From positions 53,399 to 117,398 of the forward strand of contig CAWDOY010000016.1 of NCBI GenBank assembly GCA_963803975.1: a stretch of 64,000 bases of DNA, read 5' to 3'. This document shows, piece by piece, positions 10,565-19,682 of this stretch (its first letter is position 1; each line of letters starts with the position of its first letter). Position numbers and translations under genes: made by a program. Source of the stretch: an uncultured delta proteobacterium (GTDB taxonomy: Bacteria; Desulfobacterota; WTBG01; CAIYCZ01). The notes beneath the pieces are model-generated. The model saw only the letters and a program-made list of their open reading frames with translations, was not told the DNA's origin and made no database searches.

Positions 10565-11020
10565 TTAAATGATTAGAATAACGGAGGTAATTGAAAGAAG
10601 GTTTTGATTTTGTGGAAATGGAGTAAAGGTAGAAAGAGATGCTTTACATAAACTATTCGCATCGGGCAGGTGTGATAAAAGTAAATTAGTTGCGGTCGGT
10701 ATTCTGATCTCTCGGGTTGAATTTCTCCCAGTATATCTTTCAGCGCTAACAGACAAAGGAATGTCAACACAGGTGTCCATATCAGAATTAATTGATGAAA
10801 GGTTGCTATCTGTAGAAGGACAACAGCCTTCATTAGCAATGGGCGATGATGATTTAAAGCACTGATTATTTAAAAGATACTCTATCTCAAGGTGATCATC
10901 CGCTGCATAGCATAAGACAAGACTCCCCCTATTCCACAGTGGTAGTGGTGACTGAAGGAGATATAAGAATAATATAGCAATAGCTGAGTATTTTTTTGTT
11001 TGCAATTTGTGCGACATCAC
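10565..11020 (-). CDS. Hypothetical Cys/His-containing protein heading the czc operon
   Basis: VLC...DHLEIE, CC and CVDIP motifs; first gene upstream of czcC. Confidence 0.6.
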   Translation of the reverse strand: MMSHKLQTKKYSAIAILFLYLLQSPLPLWNRGSLVLCYAADDHLEIEYLLNNQCFKSSSPIANEGCCPSTDSNLSSINSDMDTCVDIPLSVSAERYTGRNSTREIRIPTATNLLLSHLPDANSLCKASLSTFTPFPQNQNLLSITSVILII

Positions 11021-11164
11021 TATTTACAAAGAATTAATGATACGAGAAATAATAAATTATGTTTTCAAAACATTATCTATGCTGATTATATATAATATAA
11101 CAATATGGTAGCTGTCAAGTAACAGCTTAAAAACGCATAGAGCAATATCAGTATTCTTGATGTT

Positions 11165-11962
11165 TCATTGTGTTATAGGAAGATTTACTTTTTCAATATA
11201 GCCCTTAAACGAGCCCATGCCGCCGCCCTCGCTCACCTGGCGAAGTATGCCCTGCGGATCAGTGACCACAATCCCGGAAAGAAGCGTAACGTTCTGCGGC
11301 TGAAACACTTCAGGTGCAAGGGGCGTTGTGGCGCCGACGATTGCAACAGCGCGGCAGTTACGGCATGCCTCAAGAAGTCCCGGCAGGGTGTTGTTGAGGA
11401 TGGAAGTTGCGGTGATGATGGCGACGGTGCAGGAGGGAAGAAGTGCTGCAGCCTGGTCTTCAGCATACACGCCGGGAGTACCTTTCAACAGTGCTTCAAA
11501 TACCAGCAGCTCTTTTACTTTTGGTTTAAGCACCGGCATGAGCGGAGGGAAATAGCCGACCATTCCCACCCGGTCGTCCGTGCCGCAGGCCAGCACGTCA
11601 AGAATATCTCCCGCGAGCAGTTCTTCACGGTTACGGTTTATCAGCGCATTTGCCGTTGCCAGACCGACTGCCCGCTCCAGAAGATCCGGGGATGCGAGAT
11701 ACGCGAGGGTTGCAGACGCTGTTTTTCCTGCGACGGGCCGCTTGCCCTGGAAAACATCGCAGCCCGGGGGAAGGTATTCCTTAAAAGTATAGGCAACGCC
11801 GGCAGAACCGTCATCAAGAAGCACGGCCGTGTAGCACAGGCCGATACGCACATCTGCTACGGTGCGGTCATGAGCCGGGCCTGCGGCATATTCCCTGAGT
11901 TGTTGCAGAATCATAGGTTGATTATTGTTTGCAGTATGCTGTTCAGGCCACGCCCTGGGCAT
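11165..11962 (-). CDS. DUF364 / Rossmann-like putative metal-chelation protein (start may be about 11914)
   Basis: VRIGLCYTAV, AVGLATANA, VGMVGYF, ITATSILNNT, GATTPL. Confidence 0.85.
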   Translation of the reverse strand: MPRAWPEQHTANNNQPMILQQLREYAAGPAHDRTVADVRIGLCYTAVLLDDGSAGVAYTFKEYLPPGCDVFQGKRPVAGKTASATLAYLASPDLLERAVGLATANALINRNREELLAGDILDVLACGTDDRVGMVGYFPPLMPVLKPKVKELLVFEALLKGTPGVYAEDQAAALLPSCTVAIITATSILNNTLPGLLEACRNCRAVAIVGATTPLAPEVFQPQNVTLLSGIVVTDPQGILRQVSEGGGMGSFKGYIEKVNLPITQ

Positions 11963-11988
11963 CCGGGAGCGCCCTCTGAATCAGTCAT

Positions 11989-12453
11989 TTAGTTGGCGCT
12001 GCCCTTTGACTCATAATTTTTTATTGCTGCCTGCAGCGCGGCAATGCCTGAGAGAGAGCAGCTTTTGCTCATTTCAGGGACCCCTTCAAGCGCGATAATA
12101 ATGTCATCATCAGTGAGCTGCTTTGCTTCTTCAAGGGTCTTTCCCCGGGCAAGCTCGGTACACATGCTGCTTGCCGCAATCGCTCCGGCACAGCCATTGG
12201 ATTTAAATTTAATGTCCTGTATCTTTCCCGCTTCAACTTTAATCCAGAGTTCCATCTGGTCCCCGCACTCGGGATCGCCAATGAGGGCCGCCCCATCGGC
12301 TTCCGGAATCTCGCCGATATTCCGGGGGTTGGTCGAATGCTCCTGCACCAGCTCATTATAAAAAAGTATGGGCCCTTCCGGTATTAGAAACTCTTCTTCC
12401 GGCTCCGGCTCTTTTCTGTAGAGGTCCATCCAGTCATCAGATTTTTTGTTCAT
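11989..12453 (-). CDS. IscU/NifU-N family Fe-S scaffold protein
   Basis: NPRNIG, CGD, GC...IAASS, third Cys in KSCS. Confidence 0.88.
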   Translation of the reverse strand: MNKKSDDWMDLYRKEPEPEEEFLIPEGPILFYNELVQEHSTNPRNIGEIPEADGAALIGDPECGDQMELWIKVEAGKIQDIKFKSNGCAGAIAASSMCTELARGKTLEEAKQLTDDDIIIALEGVPEMSKSCSLSGIAALQAAIKNYESKGSAN

Positions 12454-12491
12454 ACCTTACCTGTCACCTCATGCCGTTAAAAACGTATCAG

Positions 12492-12528
12492 TCGCTGCCT
12501 TCGCCGAAGGCAGGGATTATATGCTTCA
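12492..12528 (-). promoter_or_regulatory. Candidate bacterial SECIS element
   Basis: CUGCCUUC-GGC-GAAGGCAG stem whose G-started loop lies 20 nt after the in-frame UGA; no adjacent U-tract. Confidence 0.5.
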
Positions 12529-12753
12529 CCCGCCTCCCGGTTTTGTGCTGCAGGACGGACTGTAGCAGGTCTCCTGCGTGCCGCAGTCGGAGCCGCTGGT
12601 CTCAGCGTTTCCAATTGATGGCGCGGACAGCAGCTTTTGCAGGTCAGCGCTGCTGCACTTTTTGCATTGCAGCGGATCGCTGTGGCCGCCGATAGTGGTT
12701 AAAATCTCGGACACCGCGCCACAGGTCCGGCATTTATATTCATAGATTGGCAT
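12517..12753 (-). CDS. FmdB family zinc-ribbon protein; candidate selenoprotein (UGA at 12526-12528)
   Basis: MPIYEYKCRTC...CKKCSS with AGGAGGTGA SD; GGG-UGA-S-I-UAA ending with a downstream hairpin. Confidence 0.88.
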
Positions 12754-12839
12754 TGTGCTTATCACCTCCTGTCAGTTGTTGATAATAACATTTTTCCCGC
12801 TATTGCTCAAGGTTTAGCTGCTGGTTACGGGCATGCCCC

Positions 12840-13502
12840 TTATTCCGCTCTCTTCCACACATCCTTGGTTGTGCCCTCGGTGGGGTGGATATGGAGAAAA
12901 ATTATCTCATCCGGCTCAACGCGGATGAAGTTGAAGCGCCGGACGATCTCCATGACCTCTGCCTGCAGTTCCTCTGCAGAGGCTGACCCTTCCCGGGGCC
13001 GCTCCTGCATCATCTTCTCAATCGCCTGAAAGATGCCGAACTGCTGTGCCCGCGCCACGACTTCTTCTTTATTATTATTTACATTAAACAGAGTGGCGGT
13101 TCCCTGTATTTGCAGGCTGCGATTGAGCTTGCTGTGGTCCATGGGGTGATAAATGCCGACCGCCACTAGGGGGTTTGAGCGGATGTTGCGGATTTTCAGG
13201 CCCGGTTCACCCGCAATCCAGATGGTCAGCCCGTCGCTGAAAAAATCAACCGGTGTTGCCCGCGGGATATTGTCATGAATGGTTGCCAGCACGCAGGCAA
13301 GGCCATGGTTAAGAGGGCAGCCAGGCTTGGTTGAAGTTCCGGGCTTGGAGCTTGCCTCATGGAGAAATTCCCGTATCTCCCTGTTCCAGCTGTTCCCTGC
13401 TTTTGGTGCTGTTTCTGAATACCGGCGATAGCTTCCGCATTCTTTTCCGCTGCGCTCATAGGGACTCCTTCTGTGTACTGTATGGTTAGCGTTCTGTTGC
13501 AT
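12840..13502 (-). CDS. Pyridoxamine 5'-phosphate oxidase-like (FMN split-barrel) protein
   Basis: VLAT....PRATPV, KIRNIRSNP.V, SLQIQGTA. Confidence 0.8.
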   Translation of the reverse strand: MQQNANHTVHRRSPYERSGKECGSYRRYSETAPKAGNSWNREIREFLHEASSKPGTSTKPGCPLNHGLACVLATIHDNIPRATPVDFFSDGLTIWIAGEPGLKIRNIRSNPLVAVGIYHPMDHSKLNRSLQIQGTATLFNVNNNKEEVVARAQQFGIFQAIEKMMQERPREGSASAEELQAEVMEIVRRFNFIRVEPDEIIFLHIHPTEGTTKDVWKRAE

Positions 13503-14124
13503 ATTTCATTTTCCAGGCATTCATGCCGCCGATCACGCTGTAGACATGGGCAAACCCGAGGGACTTGAGGTGTGAGCCGGCAATGTTTGAGCGGTAGCCT
13601 GCTGCGCAGACAACGCTGATATGGGTTTCTCTGTCCATGTCAAGTCCCTGTTTTATCAGCAGGGAAAGAGGGATGTGCACAGCCCCCGCAATGTGACCCT
13701 GCCGCCATTCATCATCCGTCCGCACATCAAGCACCCGGTGATCCGAATATTTTTCAAGCACCCGTTTCAGGCCGTGGATTGAGAGCTGCGGCAGAAACCC
13801 GGTTTCCTCGCCCTGAAAAACCCATTCCATAATCCCGATGCTGTATCCCGCGATGCGGGTATAGCCGGCCCCGGTGAACTGCGCTGCGGCCTGGTCAATA
13901 TCCTGTTTGCTGTTTGCCAGAAGCGCTATCTCCTGCTCCGGCTCAACGGCAATTCTCAGCCAGTTGACCGACTGCGGGGTCAGGCCGATGTTGATGCTTC
14001 CCGGGATGTGGGCAGCGCCAAAGGAAGGCGCATCGCGCAGATCAATAATAGTTTTGCCGGCAGCAACAAATGCTTTCAACTCTGCGTGGCCGAACTGCGC
14101 TATTTGAGGAAGATTTTTTTCCAT
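13486..14124 (-). CDS. Tandem rhodanese-domain protein
   Basis: IIDLR..FGAAHIPGS; VLDVR..EW..GHIAGA; active-site CAAGYRS in domain 2 only. Confidence 0.9.
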   Translation of the reverse strand: MEKNLPQIAQFGHAELKAFVAAGKTIIDLRDAPSFGAAHIPGSINIGLTPQSVNWLRIAVEPEQEIALLANSKQDIDQAAAQFTGAGYTRIAGYSIGIMEWVFQGEETGFLPQLSIHGLKRVLEKYSDHRVLDVRTDDEWRQGHIAGAVHIPLSLLIKQGLDMDRETHISVVCAAGYRSNIAGSHLKSLGFAHVYSVIGGMNAWKMKYATER

Positions 14125-14218
14125 AGCGAGCCCCCTTTTGTTTTGTGTATTACATTATGTACGAATATTTAAACAAATCAATCGAATCTTTGTGGTCAGC
14201 GAGGTGTTCATCTTAAGT

Positions 14219-14258
14219 AAAAATGGCGGAAAGAGTCACTTGCTCTTCCGCCATTCTG
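14219..14258 (-). terminator. Intrinsic terminator after ferredoxin
   Basis: AATGGCGGAA(A)GAG/CTCTTCCGCCATT hairpin with a flanking A-run. Confidence 0.7.
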
Positions 14259-14283
14259 CTTTTTAACAGGTTGCTGGTGCTTT

Positions 14284-14457
14284 TTAATCTTCCATTGAGA
14301 TGGCATTTTCCGGGCACTCATCCACGCAGGTGCCGCAGTCAACGCAGGTGTCGGCATCAATTTTGGCTTTCTCATTTACCGTTATTGCGTCCACGGGGCA
14401 CACCTCGGCGCAATTCCCGCACCCGGTGCATTTTTCAAGTTCAACCTTTGCTGCCAT
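14284..14457 (-). CDS. 2x[4Fe-4S] ferredoxin
   Basis: CTGCGNCAEVCP and CVDCGTCVDECP. Confidence 0.95.
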   Translation of the reverse strand: MAAKVELEKCTGCGNCAEVCPVDAITVNEKAKIDADTCVDCGTCVDECPENAISMED

Positions 14458-14922
14458 AGATAGTATCCTTTCCTTCAATACGTTAGCATCTCATGCTTCT
14501 CCGCGCGCAGAGAGCATTTCCAGGGTTTTGCCAGACCCCGGGCCTGGCGTTTTTGTTCTAAATTATATATGCACTATTTGCCGGAAACGTGCAACTGCTG
14601 TTGCAGGGGAGCATTGTTTTTAACCGTCATTGACGTGCCGTGTTTTTTTAGCACTGGCGCGGCACTGTTTTTTACTGCATTCTGCATCCGGCACATGGTA
14701 ATTCCTCCAGCGGGGACCCCGCTGCCAAACTCGCAGCCTCAACAGCCGATTTCAAAAAAAACCAGCAGCGTTAGCAGAGCGCCGGTCAATAGAACTTTTA
14801 CGTTCATATCGTGTTTCCTTTATGTTTAATAAAGACCTGAATTATGACCAGGGATGTTTCGAAAATCTGCAGGAGCGTATTTATACACGCCTGTCGCGAC
14901 TGAAGCCGCTCCAACCTCGTTT

Positions 14923-15225
14923 TTATTCTATCATTTCCCACAGGGTGATGGTGACCGGGCCGTCAAGAAGCTTTCCCGCCGCTGTCCATAAAGGTTTTTA
15001 TATAAGGCTTTTTCAGATGTTCATCAAGGTCTTTTTTATCCGCCCAGTGCTCGTAAAACATGAAGCTGGTTTTATCTTCCGCGGACTGATGCAGGATATA
15101 GGAAATGCAGCCGGGCTCTTTCCGGGTCGGTCCAATAAGGGCGGCAAGCTCCTGCTTCACCTGCGTTCTCCTTTCCCTGTTTTGCCTGCATCCGGGCAAT
15201 GACGCTTATGTTTTTGTTCAGCCAT
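14923..15225 (-). CDS. Antibiotic biosynthesis monooxygenase (ABM/quinol monooxygenase) family protein, frameshifted at both ends
   Basis: TRKEPGCISYILHQ..FMFYEHW...LDEH core; SD AAGGAGG + ATG at 15225 and LDGPVTITLW tail lie in other frames. Confidence 0.75.
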
Positions 15226-15260
15226 GGTAGACCTCCTTTAAAAAAGCTGTCAGCAGTCAG

Positions 15261-16133
15261 CTATATGTTGTTTTGTTCTGATGGCTCTGGCAGATACAGT
15301 TTTATCAACTCATCCCGCAAAAATTCAAACGCGCTGTCCACATCATCAAAAAAGTGGAACAGGTTCAGGTCTTCTTCGCTGATGGTCCCCCATTTGACCA
15401 TGGCGTTAAAGTTGATAATCTCATTCCAGTACTCGGTGCCGTACAGAATGATGGGCATATACTTTTTTGTTTTTTCCGTCTGTACAATGGTCAGCAGCTC
15501 AAACAGCTCATCCATGGTGCCAAAGCCGCCGGGAAATATAACGAGCGCTTTCCCCAGATAAAAGAACCAGTACTTGCGGACAAAAAAATAATGAAATTCA
15601 AAAGACAGCTCTTTTGTCTGAAAGGTATTCGGCGTCTGTTCGAAAGGAAGGCTTATGTTGAGGCCGATTGACGGGCCGCCGGCATTTTGCGCGCCGCGAT
15701 TGGCTGCCTCCATGATTCCGGGGCCGCCGCCCGAACAGATATAGAATCGCTTTGCAGGGTCTTCAATGCTGAGAGACCATTGGGTGAGCTTTTCGGCCAG
15801 CAGCACCGCCTCCTCATAATAGCGTGACATGGTCAGGCCGCGACGGGCCTGCTCGATTTTCCCCTTGAGCATTTCCTGCGGCGCAGCGCCCGCAGCGCAT
15901 TCATTTTCAATCTGCCGCAGGTTCTTTTCCGCCGCTTCCCGCGTCATGATTCTGGTTGAGCCGAAAAAGACGATGGTATTCCGTACGCGAAGGTGCCGGA
16001 AGCGGGCGGCCGGCTCAAGAAATTCACACAGGACCCTGACGGTCCGCGCGTCAGGGCTGTTGAGGAATTCAAGATTTTTATAGGCTTTTATTGGCCAGGT
16101 GAGATTGTTATCATTATCAGAACTGTTATTCAT
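15261..16133 (-). CDS. LOG family (TIGR00730-like) nucleotide phosphoribohydrolase
   Basis: GGGPGIMEAANRGA, FHYFFVRK, PGGFGTMDE. Confidence 0.92.
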   Translation of the reverse strand: MNNSSDNDNNLTWPIKAYKNLEFLNSPDARTVRVLCEFLEPAARFRHLRVRNTIVFFGSTRIMTREAAEKNLRQIENECAAGAAPQEMLKGKIEQARRGLTMSRYYEEAVLLAEKLTQWSLSIEDPAKRFYICSGGGPGIMEAANRGAQNAGGPSIGLNISLPFEQTPNTFQTKELSFEFHYFFVRKYWFFYLGKALVIFPGGFGTMDELFELLTIVQTEKTKKYMPIILYGTEYWNEIINFNAMVKWGTISEEDLNLFHFFDDVDSAFEFLRDELIKLYLPEPSEQNNI

Positions 16134-16171
16134 TGTTCAGCTCCCGGTGCTGCAGCATTTGATTAAAATTG

Positions 16172-16453
16172 AACCACAGAGGGCACAGAGAATTCTGTAT
16201 TTTCATCATATTGAAATAACACTCATGCCTGCTCTGTGTCCTCATAATTTTAAACACTTTATTTTATCTCATAATAACTGATTAAGCACTCAACTCTTAA
16301 TCTAAATGCCCCGCTCATAATGTGTATAATCGTTTTTTGTATTCAGCAAATAATTCTATATTGTTCAGCAAGGTTACTACGTAATCGTACATATAAACTA
16401 TAGCGTTTTAAATTATTGGAGAACACAGAGGTTTTCCTGAGTTCTCAGTGGTT
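16172..16453. repeat. Degenerate CACAGAG-type inverted repeat enclosing an AT-rich spacer
   Basis: AACCACAGAGGGCACAGAG, CTCTGTGTCCTC, GAGAACACAGAG, CTGAGTTCTCAGTGGTT. Confidence 0.5.
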
Positions 16454-16499
16454 TTATGCCTTTACCATGCAGGGTGTTGTTGTTTGATGTGCATTGATA

Positions 16500-17337
16500 T
16501 CACAGTAACTTGAAGGCATCAAGCAGCGGCAGCAGATGCATTCGCCCGTGCCTGCCGGCTTCAGGGGTTATCAGTATAGGGATAGAGCTCCAGGCTTATG
16601 TCGCCCTGGTACTTAAGCCGCGCCATGGCGGCAAGCACTTCCGTAAAATTGATAGCGCCGAGGCCCGGTATGAGATGATTGTGCAAGCGGTCTGCAGCGA
16701 TGTCTTCAATGTGCACGTGCCCTACCCAGGGGAACAGCTTTTCAAAGGCAGCAGCCGGGTTTTCGCCGGCACAGAAGAAGTGGCCGATGTCAAAATTGAT
16801 CCCCACGTATTCTGACGGGATAGCGTTTATAAATGAGAGCATCTGGCCTGAGTTCTCAATGAGCAGCAGCGGCTCCGGCTCAATCAGCAGACGAACCCCA
16901 AGCGCTTCAGCTTCAGGCAGCACCTGCTCAAGGCCCTTTCTGAAGAGACGCAAGGCATCCTGTTCCGGCAACACTCCGGCGCGTCCGCCCGGAGGGATAG
17001 AAATGTTTTTGCAGCCAAGCTCTGCTGCCAGGTGCAGGCAGCTCCTGGTATGCTCAATCCGGATGCTGCGCTGATTCCGGTCATCATCAATCCACGACGG
17101 CAGGATTACATCGCCGACAGCATAGAGGGTGAATGAGTTGAGGTTGGTCACCTTAAGATTCAGGCCGGAAAGCCGCTTCCGTAGCTGCGCGATGTCCGGC
17201 TTATGCCACTCGGGCGGGTAGAGGTGCGGCCGGTCACACATGATCTCAACTCCGGTAAAGCCGATATCAGCAATCATCTGCAGCGCGGTGAAGAGATCAA
17301 AGCGGGTGTAGGCATTGGTAGAGTAGCCGAAGGTCAT
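16500..17337 (-). CDS. Sugar phosphate isomerase/epimerase (xylose isomerase-like TIM barrel), C-terminus probably frameshifted
   Basis: GFTGVE, IEPEP, NFDIGH, HVHIED, PGLG.INF, SLELY; annotated ORF stops at 16561. Confidence 0.85.
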
Positions 17338-17354
17338 GGTAAACGTTATACTCC

Positions 17355-18074
17355 CTATGCAGGTGCCGGCCCGGAAGAAGACCTCTGCAGCTCAGCAGGA
17401 ACTGCCCCGCTTGAAGAGTCTTCCTTGAAAATATCTTCATAGGCAATGGTTACCGCGTATATGGTCCAGGGAATGGTAACAAACAGCCCGATGAACAGCG
17501 GAATACAGGCGACTGCATTTATAACCAGCAGCACGACGCAGAACGCAGCCATGCCGAACCAGTGCTTATTGACTTTCTTTCTGCTTATCTCCATGGCAGG
17601 CCAGAAATCTATATTTTTGTCCACGATGATATAGGGCGCAAACAGGTAGGCAACCGTCACATAAATGCCCGGCAGGACCAAGAGCAGGAAGCCAATGAGA
17701 ATAAATGTCGTTGAAACGATGGTGAAGAGCAGCAGCGGCACCAGATGCCTGAAGCCCCAGAAGAAGCGCACAAACTCTGTTTTCTGATTTCTGCAGAGCA
17801 TGAGGGCGATGATGATAAAACCGGCCAGAAGCGGGATGCTGATGACGGTGCTGCCAATGCCGAACGGAATAAGGAAGGTTGCCGCTGCATAGGCAATCAC
17901 GGCAATAACGGCAAATACAATGGACGGTCCGGCATCCTTTTTAAACAGCTCCCATCCTTTTTTCAGCCACTCGGTGATGGCGACCGGATAGTCACGGGCA
18001 ATCAGAGCCTGAAAATCCTCCACGCTTTTTTTTGACGGCGCAATAAAAAAATCGCTACTGGTAGTATCAGCCAT
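17355..18074 (-). CDS. Integral membrane protein of unknown function
   Basis: About 5 TM helices, LLVLPGIY...FAPY, AMEISRK. Confidence 0.75.
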   Translation of the reverse strand: MADTTSSDFFIAPSKKSVEDFQALIARDYPVAITEWLKKGWELFKKDAGPSIVFAVIAVIAYAAATFLIPFGIGSTVISIPLLAGFIIIALMLCRNQKTEFVRFFWGFRHLVPLLLFTIVSTTFILIGFLLLVLPGIYVTVAYLFAPYIIVDKNIDFWPAMEISRKKVNKHWFGMAAFCVVLLVINAVACIPLFIGLFVTIPWTIYAVTIAYEDIFKEDSSSGAVPAELQRSSSGPAPA

Positions 18075-18191
18075 ACGCCACCTCTCCGGTAATTTTTTGT
18101 TGATAAATCAATTTCATTGTTATAACTTTTTCAACTATACATCCAACGCTCCGGATAATGCAATAATTTCATAGGGAACCCGGGAATAGAC

Positions 18192-19589
18192 ATGAACGGA
18201 AAAGCTCCTGCGACAGAAGAACAGATTATTGACCGGCATATCGCAAGCTCCACAGAAGGCTTTGCCGCCCTGAAAACGATTACCGACTTCTGCTGTATCG
18301 GATGCGGCCTGTGCGCGAGCGTATGCCCGGAAAACTCAATCAAGATCGATGATATACTGAAAAAACCGGTTCTGTCCGGGAAATGCACCCGCTGCGGGCT
18401 CTGCTACCTTGCCTGCCCGCGCAGTTTTCTTCCCCTGTCCCGGATTAATGAACACTATTTTGGCCCGGAGCAGGGCGAGGAAGAAGAGCGGCTCGGGAAA
18501 TTTGTTGATTTTTTTGTCTCCCGCTCTCTTAACGAACAGATATACCGCGAAGGAACCCCCGGCGGCACAACCACGGCCCTTATCCATTTTCTCCTGGATG
18601 AGCGGCTATGTGGACGCAGCGCTTCTCACCAGAGGACGGCACCGTGATGTCCGCTACTGCATGCATCCGCAGCCGTATATCGCAACCTCGGCGGCAGAGG
18701 TGCTCGAGAGCTCCCATTCAAAATTTGAACTCAGCCCGGTGCTGGCAAAGCTTAAGGATCTGGGCAGCTATCAAAAAAGCGCTGTTGTCGGCACGCCCTG
18801 TCAGATCCTCGCTTTGCGCAAGCTCCAGGTTGTAAGCAAAGACCCGCTGCTGCGCGCGCGCATGCCGGAGCTTGCCCGGATTGCAGGGAAACTCACCGTA
18901 CCAATCACCTGCGCCATCTCCATAAACTGCTTTTTAAACCATACCAGCATGGACGGGCCTACGCCTGGCTTGGCATTGATGAGCGGCAGCTCATTCGCTT
19001 TAACGAAAACGTGTCCAAGGATCTGTACGAAAAAGCTTTTGCTGCGGGAAAAGACTGGCGCTGGTTTTTCCGCAACAACTATGTCACCGCAGACGGCTTT
19101 GAACAGGACTATGATGTCAACGAACTTGGCGTGCGGGTGCTTCCCAGCGGCTGCCTCCTCTGCAATAACCTGATTGTGAGCAAGCAGGCTGATGCAAGCA
19201 TCGGGTTTTTCGGTGCTGAGACAGGAGTTAAGGAGGTGGGCTGGAACACCATGGTAATCATGCACCCGGAGCTTAAGAAGGTTGTCGATGCAATGGTTGC
19301 GCAAGGAAAGCTTGAACGCAAACCCGTGTTGCGGGGTTACGGCAGAACACTGAGGAAAGTGCTGGAAAAGCTCATGCCGGCCCTTGATGTGATGGGCGTT
19401 GAAGGCTATCTGCAGACCGGGACATGGCGCTATCCCCGGCCGCTGCGGCTGGCAAAGGGGCCGCGCAAGACCTACATCCTCGGCCTTGAAATGCTGTACC
19501 TGGGGCAGACCATCAGGAGGAAATTTTTCACCGAGGGCCCGCTTAAAGCGCTGAAAAAGGCTGGGGCGTATATACCGACGGTGTACTAA
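18192..19589 (+). CDS. FrhB/FdhB-like (F420 dehydrogenase beta subunit family) protein with N-terminal 2x[4Fe-4S]; two frameshifts (about 18600 and 18955)
   Basis: CIGCGLCASVCP, CTRCGLCYLACP, GGTTTAL, SKF, VGTPCQI, C-L-C, DASIG spread over three frames. Confidence 0.8.
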
Positions 19590-19590
19590 A

Positions 19591-19678
19591 AGGGTTCGAG
19601 GATTCAAGGATTCGAGGGGTCAAGTGAAATATGTGTACATAATCATCAATCACTGGAACCCTAGACCCCTTGAACCCT
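19591..19678. repeat. Octamer-tandem inverted repeat between convergent genes
   Basis: GGTTCGAG GATTCAAG GATTCGAG GGGTCAAG TGA ... TCA CTGGAACC CTAGACCC CTTGAACC. Confidence 0.7.
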
Positions 19679-19682
19679 GCTT

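Noticed and set aside
11168..11992. Long antisense ORFs (e.g. 11168-11992, 30117-30878, 48226-48972, 56360-57091, 60103-60918)
   Set aside because: Shadows of well-supported genes on the opposite strand, without motifs
14480..14810. Possible small secreted ORF on the minus strand (MNVKVLLTGALL...)
   Set aside because: Stops after about 44 codons, no motif; cannot be supported without polishing
16561..16563. Sec readthrough at the TIM-barrel UGA
   Set aside because: No Cys context; a CCCC-run indel explains the early stop better
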